Below, in pieces: positions 40,146-53,468 of a stretch of 64,000 nucleotides of DNA. Each line of letters opens with the position of its first letter. Positions within the stretch are counted from its first letter, which is position 1. The notes under the pieces are model-generated. The model saw only the letters and a program-made list of their open reading frames with translations. It had not been told where the DNA came from and did not search any database. A program made the position numbers and the translations under genes. Source of the DNA: Rhina ancylostomus. Lineage: Eukaryota. Location: positions 13,057,655-13,121,654 of the forward strand of contig JARFYF010000051.1 in assembly GCA_030265395.1 (NCBI GenBank), in the 5' to 3' direction.

Positions 40146-42061
40146 NNNNNNNNNNNNNNNNNNNNNNNNNNNNNNNNNNNNNNNNNNNNNNNNNNNNNNN
40201 NNNNNNNNNNNNNNNNNNNNNNNNNNNNNNNNNNNNNNNNNNNNNTGTACACTCCCAGTGTTCATCTCTTCACCACCACCTGCTGTGTCTTTGGCTTGAT
40301 GTTAAATTTAACTTAGCAATTGCTTCTGTGAAGTGCCTCTGGGATGCTTTTACTGAAAAAAAGGTACTGAATAAACAAAAATTTGTCAGTAACATCTTCA
40401 GCCTGAAAATAAATGTATAAAACTGCATGGAGCACAATGCTGCAAGAAACATGATGTAAATTTCAACTGTTTTAATTCTGTGAACAAGTATTTTCACAAC
40501 AGTCAAATTAAAATATATCAGAAAGAGCTCCCTCATGATGGTTAGCACAGCCTTTGAGGGGCGACCCAATCAAACAGTCCATATATACCATAGGTCTGAG
40601 TGAACTCATCTCAGCCAGGGTGCTACAAATGGTTTCCGTAATCTTGGGCCCCCAAAGAGCACAATCACTGTTCACTGTCTAGTATTTGTTCATAGATGTC
40701 ACTAATAATAAGAAGCTGGATAATAATTAAATATCAATTGGCATTTAGAAATGAAATTAATCACCCAAGTCTTCTATTTCTTTCATACAGGTAGTTTGGA
40801 AAAAATATAAATCTTGTTTGAGGTTAGTTAATGAATTCAATGCTATGAAGGAGTGTGAGATTACATAGGTAAAGTCACAATCTATTTTGTGTAGAGGACA
40901 GAGTGTTATTAAGAGTGAATAGTTTGATCACAGTGCAACATAACTTCTTATAAGTCACCATCATTTGTACATCAAATGAACTTAGTGACCAAGTCATGTT
41001 TAGATCCCAAAACCAGGCAGCTTTCCTACTGACCTAGAGAATTTGGATGTTTGTCCTGGATGGTGACTTTATCTCACAATTTTCACCAGGCCTCTGCACT
41101 GTAAATCAGAAGTTAAAACTCCCAGGCTAATTTTTACATTTGCAGTTAAGACTCTACATCAACCCAGAAAGTCACAAAATATTTAACAGTTTAAAATTCT
41201 TCCTTCACAGATCAGTACCATTCAGTCTTCTGTTATTGAGTAAGTTAATCATTCTTCTGGATTTCAGCTTTTCTATACATTTTCTTTCTTCATGTGATGC
41301 TAAAGCAACGGAAAGGAAGCTGTGGGCTGTACCCTCGTGAGAATTTTCGGAATCAGTTTTCTGTGCACTTATGAAAAATACATTGCCTCTTTTTTCCTGT
41401 TTGAAGTTACATTACAAGGAGAAAAAACAGGTTACTAGTATGAGATGAAAACTCATACGATGCCACTAAGTAAAAGCACTGGATTTGAAGTTTCTGTTTG
41501 AAAATTCTATAAACACAATCAACTTAAACATATAAATACATGTTAAAAATATTTGTAAGGTTCCTAGGTGGAATTTTCCAGTCATTGGTAGGACCTCCTA
41601 CATATTGAACAGTCTGTCATAAAACTGGGGATATTTTGACTGCAATTTTCTGTCCAAATTCCAAGGCTAAATATTAATGGGAGGAAAACTGTGGGTAAGG
41701 CATCCTTGATTTTCCAGTGACGTGCCATTATACATGGGAATTTTCCAGTTATGTTGGGTCTTGTAAAATTCTAATTATTCAATCAATACGCTTTGCTGGA
41801 ACAGTTACACTCCAGGAATCTTTGCAGTGGTAATATTTCTACATAACTGTGGTAATTGCTTATTTAGTTCCCACCTGGAATGTTCTCTACTAAAACATAG
41901 ATATCTTCTTTATTGATCCACCTTTCCCTAGTTCATTGTTGACTGAGTATCAGCAGTTCATCTGACTATTGGAACCAGTGCAATGTCTAACAGGACATTT
42001 GTTATGGAGGAGAGGAAACATCAAAATACCTAATTTGCTTTACTTGAATAGTACCAGCACA

Positions 42062-43010
42062 TAGTGTGCCACAGGGGTTGGTGTTGGGATCCTTGTTATT
42101 TGTTATTTATATAAATGATTTGGATGTGAATGCACAAGGCTTGATCAGTAAGATTGCGGAGGACACAAAATTAGGAGGTGTTGTTGATAGTGAAGAAGAT
42201 TATCATAGATTACAGGAGGAATCTTGGTCAGTTGGAGAAGTGGGCCGAAGAGTGAAAAATGGATTTCAATACAGATAGGCATAAGGCGATGTAGTTTGGA
42301 AAGTCAAACCAGTGTAGGATTTGTACTATGAATGATAGGGCACTAAGGAGTGTTATGGAACAGAAGGACCTAGGAGTGCGTGCATAATTTGTTGAAAGCG
42401 GCTTCATAGGTAGACAGGGTGATGAAAAAGGTGCTTAGCATGCTGGCCTTCATTAGTCAGGGCATTGAGTACAGGATTTGGGACATTATGTTGCCGTTGT
42501 ACAAATCATTGGTGAAGCTGCATTGGAAGTATTGTGTACAATTTTGGTTATCCTGTTATAGGAAGGATGCAGTTAAATTGGAAAGAATGTAGAAAAGATT
42601 TAAGAGGATCTTGTCAGGACTAGAGGGCCTGAGTTATCAGGAGAGGTTGGCCAGGCTAGGTCTTTGTTCCTTAGAATGTAGGAGAATGAGGGACGCCCTT
42701 ATAGAAATTATGAGAGGCATAGATAAGGTGGATGGTAACAGTCTTTTACCCAGGATAGGGGAGTCCAAAACTAGGTGGCATAGGTTTAGGTGAGAGGGGA
42801 AAAATTTAAGAGGGACCTGAGGGGCAACTTTTTGATGCAGAGTATATTGAATGGGCTGCNNNNNNNNNNATAGGTATATGGGAGGGGTGAGATAAGAGAG
42901 ATGAGCTGAACACAGAAAATTGGGACTAGCTGGGTGGACAATGTGGTCAGCATGAACTAGTTGGGCCAAAGAGCCTGTATCCATGCTGTACTGCTCTATA
43001 ACTCTATGAT
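42062..43010 (+). mobile_element. CR1 LINE 3' ~950 bp
   Basis: VPQGLVLGSLLFVIYINDL..DTKLGG; LSYQERLARLGL; tail ttgggccaaagagcctgtatccatgctgta. Confidence 0.92.
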
Positions 43011-43267
43011 AACATCCTCTAATTCCTTGATATTATATTTGCATTAGTACATCTTCACCTCCAATGCAATGAGTAAGTTCATCACTTTTTGTAAAAAAAA
43101 GAATCGGGTTCCTACCTTCAATCTCATTTCATAGCTTACCACTATCATAGATGAATATCTAAAAGAGTCTAAACTGGTATAGTAATAAAAATATGCATAT
43201 CTTTCATTTCACATGATAGATGTTTATTTTTAAAAGATGGAAAACTTCAGAAAAGTGAGGAAAGTAT

Positions 43268-43622
43268 ATTGGTAAATTGGTTTATTATTGTCAAATGTAC
43301 CAAGGTACAGTGAAAAGCTTTGTTTTGCATGCCATCCACATAGATCATTTCATCTCATCCAGGTCTAGGAGTTTGGAGATGAGCTTGCTTGAAATTATGG
43401 TATTGAAGGTAGAGCTATAGTCAATAAATAGTAGTCTGACATAGGCGTCTTTACTATCCAGATGCTCCAGATATGAGTATAGGGCCAGAGAGATGGTGTC
43501 CGCCATGAACCTGTTTTGGCAGTAGGCGAATTGCAGTGGGTTAAAGTTGCCTAAGAGGCCGAAGCTGATGTGTGCCACAACCAGCCTCTCGAAGTTCTTT
43601 GTGATGGTGGATGTCAGGACCA
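43268..43622 (-). mobile_element. Rex1/Babar-clade LINE fragment, RT piece fused to 3' tail
   Basis: LTSTITKNFERLV..PLQFAY..HLD..DAYVRLLFIDYSSTFNTI; tail gcaaaacaaagcttttcactgtaccttggtacatttgacaataataaa. Confidence 0.85.
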
Positions 43623-43764
43623 TCTGGAGTTTGTTATAAAGTGACTTGTGAAATATGCAAATGTCACTAAACATTTAATTTTTTTTGTGCTTAGATTACA
43701 GTGGAGCCCTCAAATAATTTAAGTAAAAGCGTCTACATTTATTTTGTGTTATCTTTGCATATAG

Positions 43765-43884
43765 ATGAACTTATAGATGCATACGTGCAACTAAGCAAGC
43801 TGATAAGGGAGTATCTGAGCCTCAGTGATCAAACAAGCAATGACAGTAACAGAACCATGGAAGAAGAAAAGTGGCGGACATCTG
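43765..43884 (+). CDS. LRGUK: LRGUK exon, end of GK domain: (D)ELIDAYVQLSKLIREYLSLSDQTSNDSNRTMEEEKWRTS
   Basis: catatag acceptor, G/gtgagt donor; 120 bp, phase 1 to 1; AY..LS.LIREYL motif. Confidence 0.95.
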
Positions 43885-44649
43885 GTGAGTTTGAGTCAGA
43901 ATATCAGAATGTGGATAAATAACTGAGTTTCGTAGTGATAAATTGCTGACCCCGTTCTTCAGAAATAACAATTTTGAATCCCAGCAATGCTGTCCAGTGA
44001 TGTAATGTTTGGTTTGAAGATTATTTTTGTGAAGAATAAATGGTACCATCAATCATTGTGTAGCACCGAACGCTATTATATAACACAATTTAGGCTGCAA
44101 AGTCCTTTTTGTCATGTGGTCGATACAGAAACTTCTTGTCACAAAGCATGTGTTGAAGTTGTTCTTATATAATTAATTTAACATGACAAGGAAAGAAACA
44201 TGTTGTAAATAAAACTCTAAAATATCAATGTCTCCCAGACCACATCCATTCAATTCCGCTGGTGACAGTGCCTTTGTTCCAACAGTACGATACCATAATG
44301 TTCAATGGAGTATTGGCTTGTCTTTGCTCAAACTTGTTCTTGGAGCTTTAACTAGATCATTACTTAACTTTCTTGAAGAAATAGGTTGTCAACATGTATA
44401 ACATTAGCAAACATAAAAGGAAACTGTATATTTCATGTGTCTCCATATTTTTCCTATTTCTATTCTATAAGCTTAAACTGCTGATATTGTTTATTCTCAG
44501 GCCACTGCTGTTTTTGTTGGATACCAACTTAGCTCCAGCTGGAGGAAGGCATGTCACTTGCAGTTGACACTTCTAAACAACAACCCTCATGATCATTTTT
44601 TTTCTTTCATGTTTTTCCACAAGTATCAAACTGAATAAATTCTTTCACA

Positions 44650-46300
44650 ACCAGTCAACTTTCAGATCAATCATCTTCGTCACCTCCTCAAAAAAAACTC
44701 GAACTGATTTGCCCTGTACAAAGTCATGCTGACTGTCTCTAATTAGGCCATGCTTTTCCAAATGCTCATAAGTCCTATCCCTAAGGATTCCCACCAATAG
44801 CTTCCCTACCACTAACATGAGCCTCACCATTCTACAGTTTCCAGGATTATTCTAATTACCCTTCTCGAACAACGGAACAACATTAGCTGCTCGCCAATCC
44901 TCCAGGACCTCGCCTGTGGCTAAAGAGGACATGAAGATCTTGGTCAAAGCCACGGCTATCTTTTGCCTCCCTCAGTAACCTGGGGAATACCCCATCAGGC
45001 CCTGGGGACTTATCCACCTTAACGTTCTTCAAGAGACCCAACACTATCTCTTCCTTTCTTTCAAAATGCTGTAGCATCTTGGCATTCTCCGCACTGATCT
45101 CATTATCCACCACATCCTTCTCCTTGGTGAATACTGACACAAAGTACTCATTTAGGACCTCTCCCATATCCTCTGCCTCCAAGTACATGTTCCCTCCTTT
45201 ATCNNNNNNNNNNNNNNNNNNNNNNNNNNNNNNNGAGTGGTCCTACCCTCTCCGTGGTTATCCTCTTGCTCTTGATGTATAGGCATGTATAGAATGCCTT
45301 TAATCCTACTTGCCTAGGACTTTTCATGGCCCCTTCTGGCTCTCCTAATTCCCTCCTTGAGTTCTTTTCTTGCTTCTATGTTTGATTTTAGCTTCCTAAA
45401 CCTAACATATGCTTCCTTTTTCTTCTTCACTAAATTCACCACCTCTCTCTCATCAACCAGGGTTCCCTTACCTTGCCATCCTTTGTCCTTTTTACTGGAA
45501 CAAACCTGTCCTGTATTTCGTACAGTTGGTCTTTAAACACCCTCCACATGTCAGATATGGATTTGCTCAAAAACAGCTGTTCCCAATTAACTCTTCCTAC
45601 TTCTTGACTAATACTCTTATAATTTGTTCTGCCTCAATTTAATATTTTCCTGCAAGGTCCATACTTATCCTTATTCATAGTTATCTTAAAGCTTAAGGAG
45701 TTGTGATCACCGTTCCCCAAGTGTTCTCCCACTGAAACGTAAGTCACCTGGCCAGGCTCATTTCCCAATACCAGGTGTAGTATAGCTCCTCCTCTAGGTG
45801 GACTACCTACATACTGATTTAAGAAAGCCTCTTGGGTGCACCTACGTAACAAATTCTGCTTCATCTAAACCTCTTGCACTAGTGAGGTCCCAGTGTATAT
45901 TGGGGACGTTGAAGTCATCCACAAAAACAACACTTGTTTTTGCACCTTTCCCTCTACCTGCCTATCTGTTCAGCAATGTCCCAGTGGCTATTGGGGAGTC
46001 TAGTATAATCCCATCAGAGTGATTGCACCTTTTTTATTTTTGAGTTCTACCCACATAGTCAGTATGTGAGCCCTCCATTATGTCCTCTGAGTGCAGTAAT
46101 GACATTGTCCCTGATTCATAGTGCAACTCCTTCCCCCTTTACCTCCCTCTCTATCTTCTATAAAACATCAAAACCCTGGAACATTAAGCATCCGGTCCTG
46201 TCCCTCTCTTAACCAAGTCTCTATAATGGCCACAACATCATAATTCCATGTACTGATCAATGCTCCAGATACATCACCCTTACTCTTCATACTCCTCCTG
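44650..46300 (-). mobile_element. CR1 LINE, endonuclease to RT N-terminus
   Basis: NYDVVAIIETWL, LHLVLGNEPGQV..HLGNGDHNSLSF, VDKSPGPDGVFPRLLRE, LIRDSQHDF. Confidence 0.92.
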
Positions 46301-46618
46301 CGCTGTTCATGGGTTATTAAGAGCTGCACTACCTTTGGATTAGAGGTCATATAACCCAAACAAAATAAGGTTGTAAAGTACAATCTCTAAATGTTACCTG
46401 TAAATTGGTTTAGTTTCATAGCCACCTTTTATTGAATTTATTCCAGCCATCATTTAACTTCATTTAGTTGGAACTCATGTCTCCAGATCATAATCCAGCC
46501 TTCTGGGTTACTAAAGCTAATGACATAACAATTATGCTCATGTATGTCACTACTTCCTATTGTAGCAACATTTAGTGCAGTATCATTGAGCTACAAAATA
46601 CATTTGCTGTTAATGCAG

Positions 46619-46773
46619 ATTTGACAAACAGTGTACCACCATCTAATGAAAATCAACTAAATTGGAGTGCAGTTTCATGGACCATTGGATTTCCTTCTGG
46701 ATTTGTGGACTCCTCCATCAGAAATTATTCTTCCAGAGTACAGGCTAGACTTTCAGCAGAAAGAACAACCTTG
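46619..46773 (+). CDS. LRGUK: LRGUK exon: (D)LTNSVPPSNENQLNWSAVSWTIGFPSGFVDSSIRNYSSRVQARLSAERTTL
   Basis: tgcag acceptor, TTG/gtaaga donor; 155 bp, phase 1 to 0; RNY....A.LSA..T similar to LRGUK. Confidence 0.9.
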
Positions 46774-47059
46774 GTAAGAATCAGTGAAGTTTTTTTTATC
46801 ACTAAAGTAATACGCAGGAATTATTGTCGTTGCATTTGCCATGCTAACCTAAGTTAGTCATTAAGATGTGAACTGACTTAAGTGAGGGAGACCTGGCATG
46901 GTGTCAATGGGTGGAAATGTCATCTTGGTAGTAATGAAATATACAAATATAGATTTATTCACTTTGAATCTCTACACAGTCATCTTTCTTATTTTTCAAG
47001 CTGGTGCCACCTTTCACAAGGCTTTCAGTCTGAGAACCATATTAAATCAGAAATTAGCT

Positions 47060-48060
47060 AATAGGTGAGCCTGATGTCAGTGGTAGGGAAATTATTGGAG
47101 AAAATCCTAAGGTATAAGATTTATGTACATTTGTAAAGGCGGGGGATGATCAGGGATAGTCAACAAGTATTTGTGCATGATTGNNNNNNNNNNNNNNNNN
47201 NNNNNNNNNNNNNNNNNNNNNNNNNNNNNNNNNNNNNNNNNNNNNNNNNNNNNNNNNNNNNNNNNNNNNNNNNNNNNNNNNNNTTGAGTTTTTGAGGAGG
47301 TAACTCAATATTGATGAAGGCAGGGAGGTAGATGCTGTCAATGTGGACTTTATTAATGCATTTGACATAGTCCAACATGGTAGGCTGGTTGAGAAGGTTA
47401 AGGCACATGAGATTCCAAGGCAACTGGGTAATTGGATCCAGTATTGGTGATATGAGGCAGTGTAGTAGTGGAATGATGCTTTTCTCATTGGAAGTTGTGA
47501 CCAATGGTCTAGTACAGGGATCGTTGCTGGGACACTTGTTTGTAAATTATCTTAAGGACTTGAATGTGAATGCAGGAAGTATGATTATTACGTTTACGGA
47601 TGACACAAAAGTGTTGTGAATAGTAAGGAATGTTGTCTAAGGCAATAGCAGGATATAGATCAGATGGAAAGCAGGGCAGGGCACTGCACTTGGAATTTAA
47701 TTATCTCACAAGAGATAATTCAGTTTGGAAAGTTAAATGGGGCATAGTTAGGGTAGAATCATTTTCCCATGGTAAGGGTGTCAAAATCAAGAAGTCATAG
47801 GTTTAATGTACGAGGTTTTAAAGGTGATTTGAGGACTAAGGTTTTTACACGGAGAGTGGTTGATATGTGGAAATCACTCCTGGAGAAGGTTTTGGAGTTG
47901 GATGCAATCACTATGAGCGACATTTAGACATGCCACTTGAAACGGCAAGGCATAGAAGGATATGGATCGAATGCGGGCAGATGAGATTTGTATAGATGGG
48001 CAAAAAAAGTTAGCAATGACGTGGTGGGATGAAGGGCCCATTTCTGTGCAACTCTCTTTT
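47060..48060 (+). mobile_element. CR1 LINE RT fragment + tail, internally deleted
   Basis: SLMSVVGKLLEKIL; QGSLLG..FTDDTKV; tail gtgggatgaagggcccatttctgtgc. Confidence 0.85.
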
Positions 48061-48560
48061 ACTCTCAAATTAACACATTGCCTCCTACTCCTCAATGGGT
48101 TTCTCTCTCTCTCTCTCTCTCTCTCTTGCATTTTCCCCTTTTACTCTTTCACTTTACCTTATTTTGTGCCTTCCCCCTTTTAATATTGCTGCTCTTTTCC
48201 CTCTCTCCATCCCTTCCTCTCTCTTCACATTTTCTCTTCATTTCTTCCCATCTTCTTTCACTGTTAACTTTCTTTCTACCCACCCCTTTCTGCCTCTGTT
48301 TCTAGTCCAATCACACTGTATTTATCTCCCAAACCTCTTCTGTTAATTGTTTGTCTCTATTTATGCCTTTCTATCATTCTCTCCCTATATCACTCAGTAT
48401 ACATTGATTTTTCTGTCTTCTTTTGTTTGTATCTCTCACCTTGGTCTCATCCTAAATCTCTCTCTCTCCTTTCACAATGCCTTTCTCCTTGTTTCTCTTT
48501 CTCATTTCCCCTCTTGCTCTCTGTTACTCAGTTATATACTTTCTATCTCTTTTATGCCCT
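48060..48560 (+). repeat. Pyrimidine-rich low-complexity tract including a (CT)n microsatellite at ~48102-48126
   Basis: Directly visible composition. Confidence 0.9.
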
Positions 48561-49669
48561 GGCTACTAAAATTAGAGTTGGTGAACATTTAGAATACAAT
48601 TCATAATTTGAAATGAACATAAATTACTTTTGGAATGAAATATAGTGTAACCATAGCTAACAGGCAGCCTGAAGGAAGGCATTGATTTGTTCTGTTTTAT
48701 AATTTTGCATTATTTTTACTATGGATTGATCTTTTGTTAAGTTAATTTTTGCTCTTCATTTTGAGGCGACTTTAGAAGCTGTCCCCAATACTGTTGTTCT
48801 TTCTTTGTCAGATTTGTTTAAAATATACAGTTAAATCAGGTAACATTCCACTGGACAGTCTGTTATTTTTAATACCATTGAAAGGAAGATCTGGGGAAAC
48901 AGTGAAGAAACAAAAAGGCCATATTATAAGGCTGTACCAGGTGACCCAGATTCTTTGAAAAACCTAGCTAGGTGAGAACACAAATCCTGGAGATTTTAGT
49001 TGAATGATTCCACAAGTTATGCACAAGGAACCTGTGGTTTTGCCCATTAGCTTTGGAAGAAGAATCCATAAGATGATATGTAACATTTCCTCAGGAATCA
49101 GAACAATTCCTGCGTGAATCAGAAAGTCAGCATAGCTTTTAATCTCCTGACCACTAGGTCAATAGGCAACATCTGTCAGGTTAGTCAATTTGCTGCCTTT
49201 TCTCACATAAGGTAGCTCTGTAATGCCATGCATACCGAGATATAAAACTGTTTGTTATTTTTTTACAAAGAAGCTAAACAAATAATTTAGCAATTATTTT
49301 TATTAGACTTAATGATTTCATTCATGTAATCATACAAACTTTCACCATCAAACAACACACCATTGCATGAACCAAAACGGGATTTCAATTCACTGAGATT
49401 CAATTAGTATGTCCATGTCCAGGGAACTTCCACAATCCTTATCTGTTACAACCATTAAGTGTTCCTACATTCTTTCAGTGTCAAGACTGGCTTCTTGGGG
49501 CAAATAATGAGATCCATTTCCTTGTGACCATTAATGCCATTGCGAATGATAGAAAATGAAAATATGTATTGCAACAATGAGGATAAGATATGCATTCAAA
49601 TTAAAATTTCAGATAAAGGACACACTTTAAATATGCTCCAAATGTCATCTCACCACATTTGGTAACATG

Positions 49670-49765
49670 AAAAGCACGATGATGCTGGAGGAACGCAGCA
49701 GGCCAGGCAGCATCTGTGGAGAAAAGCAGGCGGTCAATGTTTTGGGTCAGGACCCTCTGCAGGAT
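49670..49765 (-). mobile_element. Penelope pLTR fragment with hammerhead-like core
   Basis: Reverse complement CTGCAGA-GGGTC-CT-GACCC-AAAAC-ATT..ctccacagatgctgcctggcctgctg. Confidence 0.75.
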
Positions 49766-49929
49766 GTTTGGTAACATGCTGCATCCTTCTTAGTTTCTCT
49801 CTACTGAAGGATCTGTAAATTGAAATTCATGAGGAGCTAATTAGGCTAGACGCTGACCCGCCTGAGGTAGAAGATGATGGGGGGAACACAGCAAGGCCAC
49901 GGANNNNNNNNNNNNNNNNNNNNNNNNNN

Positions 49930-50100
49930 CTATTTTACTTAGCTCCATGTACCTATCTAACAGCCTCTTGAAAGACCCTATTGTATCTGCCTCCACCACC
50001 ATTTCCAGCAGCCCATTCCACGCACTCACCACTCTGAGTAAAAAAAACTTTCCCCAGACATCTCCTCTATATCTACTCCCCAGCACCTTAAACCTATACG
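49930..50100 (-). mobile_element. CR1 3' fragment, same subfamily as 28140-28890
   Basis: LRVVSAWNGL..FKRLLDRYM. Confidence 0.85.
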
Positions 50101-50689
50101 ATCTAACACAATCTATGAGCAAAGTACATACTCGTTTTCCTTATGGCCCTCAAGTTTTCCTTTGTGGTATATCCAGGAGTGTAAAAGGGGAACAGAATAG
50201 TCTCAACAAGCTTAAAAGGAAGGCAGCAGACAACCCTGGTGAGTTTAAAATATAACTTGATGACAGAACTCTCTTCCTCAATTTTAAATGCTATATCTGT
50301 GATTAAATACTTGGTTACCCATCCTAATCTTTCCTCCTTTGGCTTTGTATCAAACTTTCCTTATGCCTCTAAGAATAAACGTACTCGGTGCATTTTTTAT
50401 AGTGCATTCATTTTAAATGTTTGCTACAGTGCAACTTGTTATTGACTTGGTTGTATTGGGATTAGTATGTTTCAGAGTTAAAATCATATGGTTACTGCCA
50501 AGTATTCAGTAGATAATGAGTGAATATCGTGCTATTATTCTTTAAGTTTTCTCAGGCTATTGCAAACACTAACTCCTCATACCTGCGTTCCTATTTATAT
50601 TTGTGTCATTAACATTTAGCTGGAACACTCCAACTTTTTGGTCACTCTGAGACCAGGGCCATTCCAAGTTAGGTTAGTTTTTTTGACTT

Positions 50690-51450
50690 GAAGATGTATT
50701 TGGTGATGGGTGCCTCTTTTTCAAAGTGCTAGTGTTTGTGGATTTGGAAAGTGCTGTTTTAGAAGATTTAGCAAATTCCTGCTTTGACGTATAGTTCTAC
50801 ATCAGTGAATTACTTGCATCTTGAACGAAGTAAGCTTTGCAATCTTGTTGTTTGGGGTTGGGAGGTGGTGACAGTAAGGTGTTGGTGGATGGTCAATTAG
50901 ACTGCTTCCTCCCACATGGTATTGAATTTCAGAAATGTTGTTAAGTTACACACATCTAGGTAAGAGTATTCTGTATTGTTTCCTGTTGAGGGTAGAATAT
51001 CATTAGAGAATTGGGAGGTGAACCTTCCATTGCAGAATACCCAATCTTTGACCTACTCCTGCAGTTGCAATGCTCCTACAATTGCTCCAGTTATGTTTGT
51101 AGTCAGTGGTGACATCCAAGTTGTTGATCCTAATGGATTTGACAGAGGTAATCTTATTAAATGTCAAGGAGTGATGATATGTAAATTAGTGTGGCACTTA
51201 CTATTTGACCTTTTATCAAAGTCTGAATGCCTTTCCTGTCTTGTTGCATATGGGTATGAACCCACTTCATTTGCTTGAGTCGTTGCAAGTGGAATTGAAT
51301 ACTGTGAAATCATCACTNNNNNNNNNNNNNNNNNNNNNNNNNNNNNNNNNNNNNNNNNNNNNNNNNNNNNNNATGAGGAAATCCTGCAACAATGCCTTTA
51401 AGGTGATTGGCCTCCACAACTACAGCTATCTTTCTTTGTGCTGGGTATGA
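50690..51450 (-). mobile_element. Family B LINE, strongly decayed
   Basis: Collinear with 20620-21230 (ttgcagaatacccaatctttgacc, aaatgtcaagg, gtggcactta). Confidence 0.55.
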
Positions 51451-51584
51451 CATCGTTTGGAGGTAAATTATTTCAAATATTCCATTGGGTATTAACTTTT
51501 GTTTTTAGCAATTATTTATGAGCTGGATTTTATTTAAGAAGCATCTTCAATGCAATCTTAAAATTGATCTTCTTTGTTATTTAG

Positions 51585-51673
51585 GAACAAAATTCTATTC
51601 AGCAACGCCAGAGGATGGCACGGGAGGCTGTGATGGGAAGAACTCAAAATGCAAGCACCTACCTGTTCAAAAG
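51585..51673 (+). CDS. LRGUK: LRGUK exon: EQNSIQQRQRMAREAVMGRTQNASTYLFK(R)
   Basis: atttag acceptor, AG/gtgacc donor; 89 bp, phase 0 to 2; resembles mammalian ERDSIHRQHEAARQALMGR...LFQR as recalled. Confidence 0.92.
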
Positions 51674-51849
51674 GTGACCAACACTTCCTTCTACTGATAT
51701 GTGAGATTCAGGTCCATGTATAGAACCGCAGCTCATTAAATGGCATTTTGTACAGGGATTGAGATTCAGACCCAAGCACCATCTTTCCCTCAATGTTAAT
51801 TTTTGTATCATTTGCAAACTTCTTTATCATCCCTCTTACATTTGGTCCA

Positions 51850-53450
51850 ACATCTATATGTATTACGAAAAGGAAAGGACTGAGAACTAAGCTCTAATGA
51901 TAACACCTTTCCTGACACCCATTACAATTATTCCACATTATTTCCTGCCATGGGCTTTTTTTTTAGACTGCATTGCCTTGTGGAACTTTGTCAATGGCCT
52001 TGCTAAAATCCATGTAATCTACGTCAAATATAGTTCCCTCATCAACCCGCCTTATAACCTCCTCAAAATATTCAATTATTATTCTGATACAAGTTTGCTT
52101 TAACAAATCCATGCTGACTGTCCCTGATTTAATGTGTACTATCCCTAGAATGAATTCCTTCTGAATAACCATAAACAAACTGGCCTGTAATTACTCGGTT
52201 TATACCTTCCTCTCTTTTTAAAGAATGAGATGTTCCTCCATTGCTTTGGTACCCTTCCTATAGTCAGCGCAGACTGGAAAATTGTAAACAGGACCTACAT
52301 AATTTCAACCACTTGGGATATACTTAATCCAGGTCAGGCAATTTATCCATTTGCAAAGATAATAAACCCCTTTATACTTCCCCATTTATCCCCTCCAATA
52401 CTTCATATTTGATTGGCATCATATCTCTCTTTTGTGAAATCCTTCAGTAACATTTTGTTCTTCCTGTACTTATAAAACTCTTTTCAAATTTCTTTGAATA
52501 TACTTACCCTTTTGCTACATCCTCTCTCTGCTTTCCTAATTTCCTTTTAAATGTCACCCCTGCACCTTCTTTACTCTTCCAGGCTTTCTTGATTATTAAG
52601 CTCTCTGACAAAATGTGTCTGACAAAAACATTTTATTGCTTTTTCAAAGCATCTGGTTATCCAAGGAGCTCTAGACTTGGTAACCCCATCCATTTTCTCT
52701 GTGGGAACAAGTTTACTCTGAACTGCTTGATTCATCTCCTTAAATGCCTTCAAGTGGCTGTTGCCAGTAAAATTCAGCTAAATTCTCAGTCTAGTAAAAT
52801 TGGCCCTGCCCGAAGCTGGAGCTTGGCTGCTGTTTTTGTTCTGTCTTTTCCCATAATTGTTCTAAATCCAGGTGAATTATGATCACTGGCACAAGAATGA
52901 CCTTCCACTGCTACTCCTTCCACCTGCTCAGCTTCATTATCTAACCGATATCCAGAATTGGTCCCTGTCTTGTTGGGCNNNNNNNNNNNNNNNNNNNNNN
53001 NNNNNNNNNNNNNNNNNNNNNNNNNNNNNNNNNNNNNNNNNNNNNNNNNNNNNNNNNNNNNNNNNNNNNNNNNNNNNNTGCAAACACTCTCTTTTAAAGG
53101 AAAGTTTTCCTGAATGCACTTTAGTAATTTTGTGCTGCCTTTATCTTTCACATTGATAGTATCCCAGTTAATATTAGAATAACTGACATCTCCCATTATT
53201 AGTTGTATTACTCCTCCACTTGTCAGTAACTTGCAGCTTTGCTCTTATACCTCCCTCAGGCTAATTAAAAGCCTCTGATATTCGTAACAGTGTGAATGCA
53301 CCTTTTTGTTCAATCTTAACCCCTTTAAGATATTCCTTTTCACAGCTGCACTTGTTTCTTTAACTAACATTGCCACACTCTTCATTCTTTATCCTTCTCT
53401 CTAACTCAAAAATGCTCAACCAAAAACGTTAACCTTCCAATCCTGGACCC
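51850..53450 (-). mobile_element. Old CR1 LINE, endonuclease-RT, decayed
   Basis: MGD.SYSNINW, SDHNS..F, APWIT, YMDFSKAIDKVP. Confidence 0.8.
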
Positions 53451-53468
53451 TCTAAGCAATGCTTCTGT

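Noticed and set aside
40070-42233. About 70 bp identical between CR1 copies at ~40073-40145 and ~42163-42234
   Set aside because: The first copy ends at an N gap. Repeat collapse or misassembly is more likely than gene conversion.
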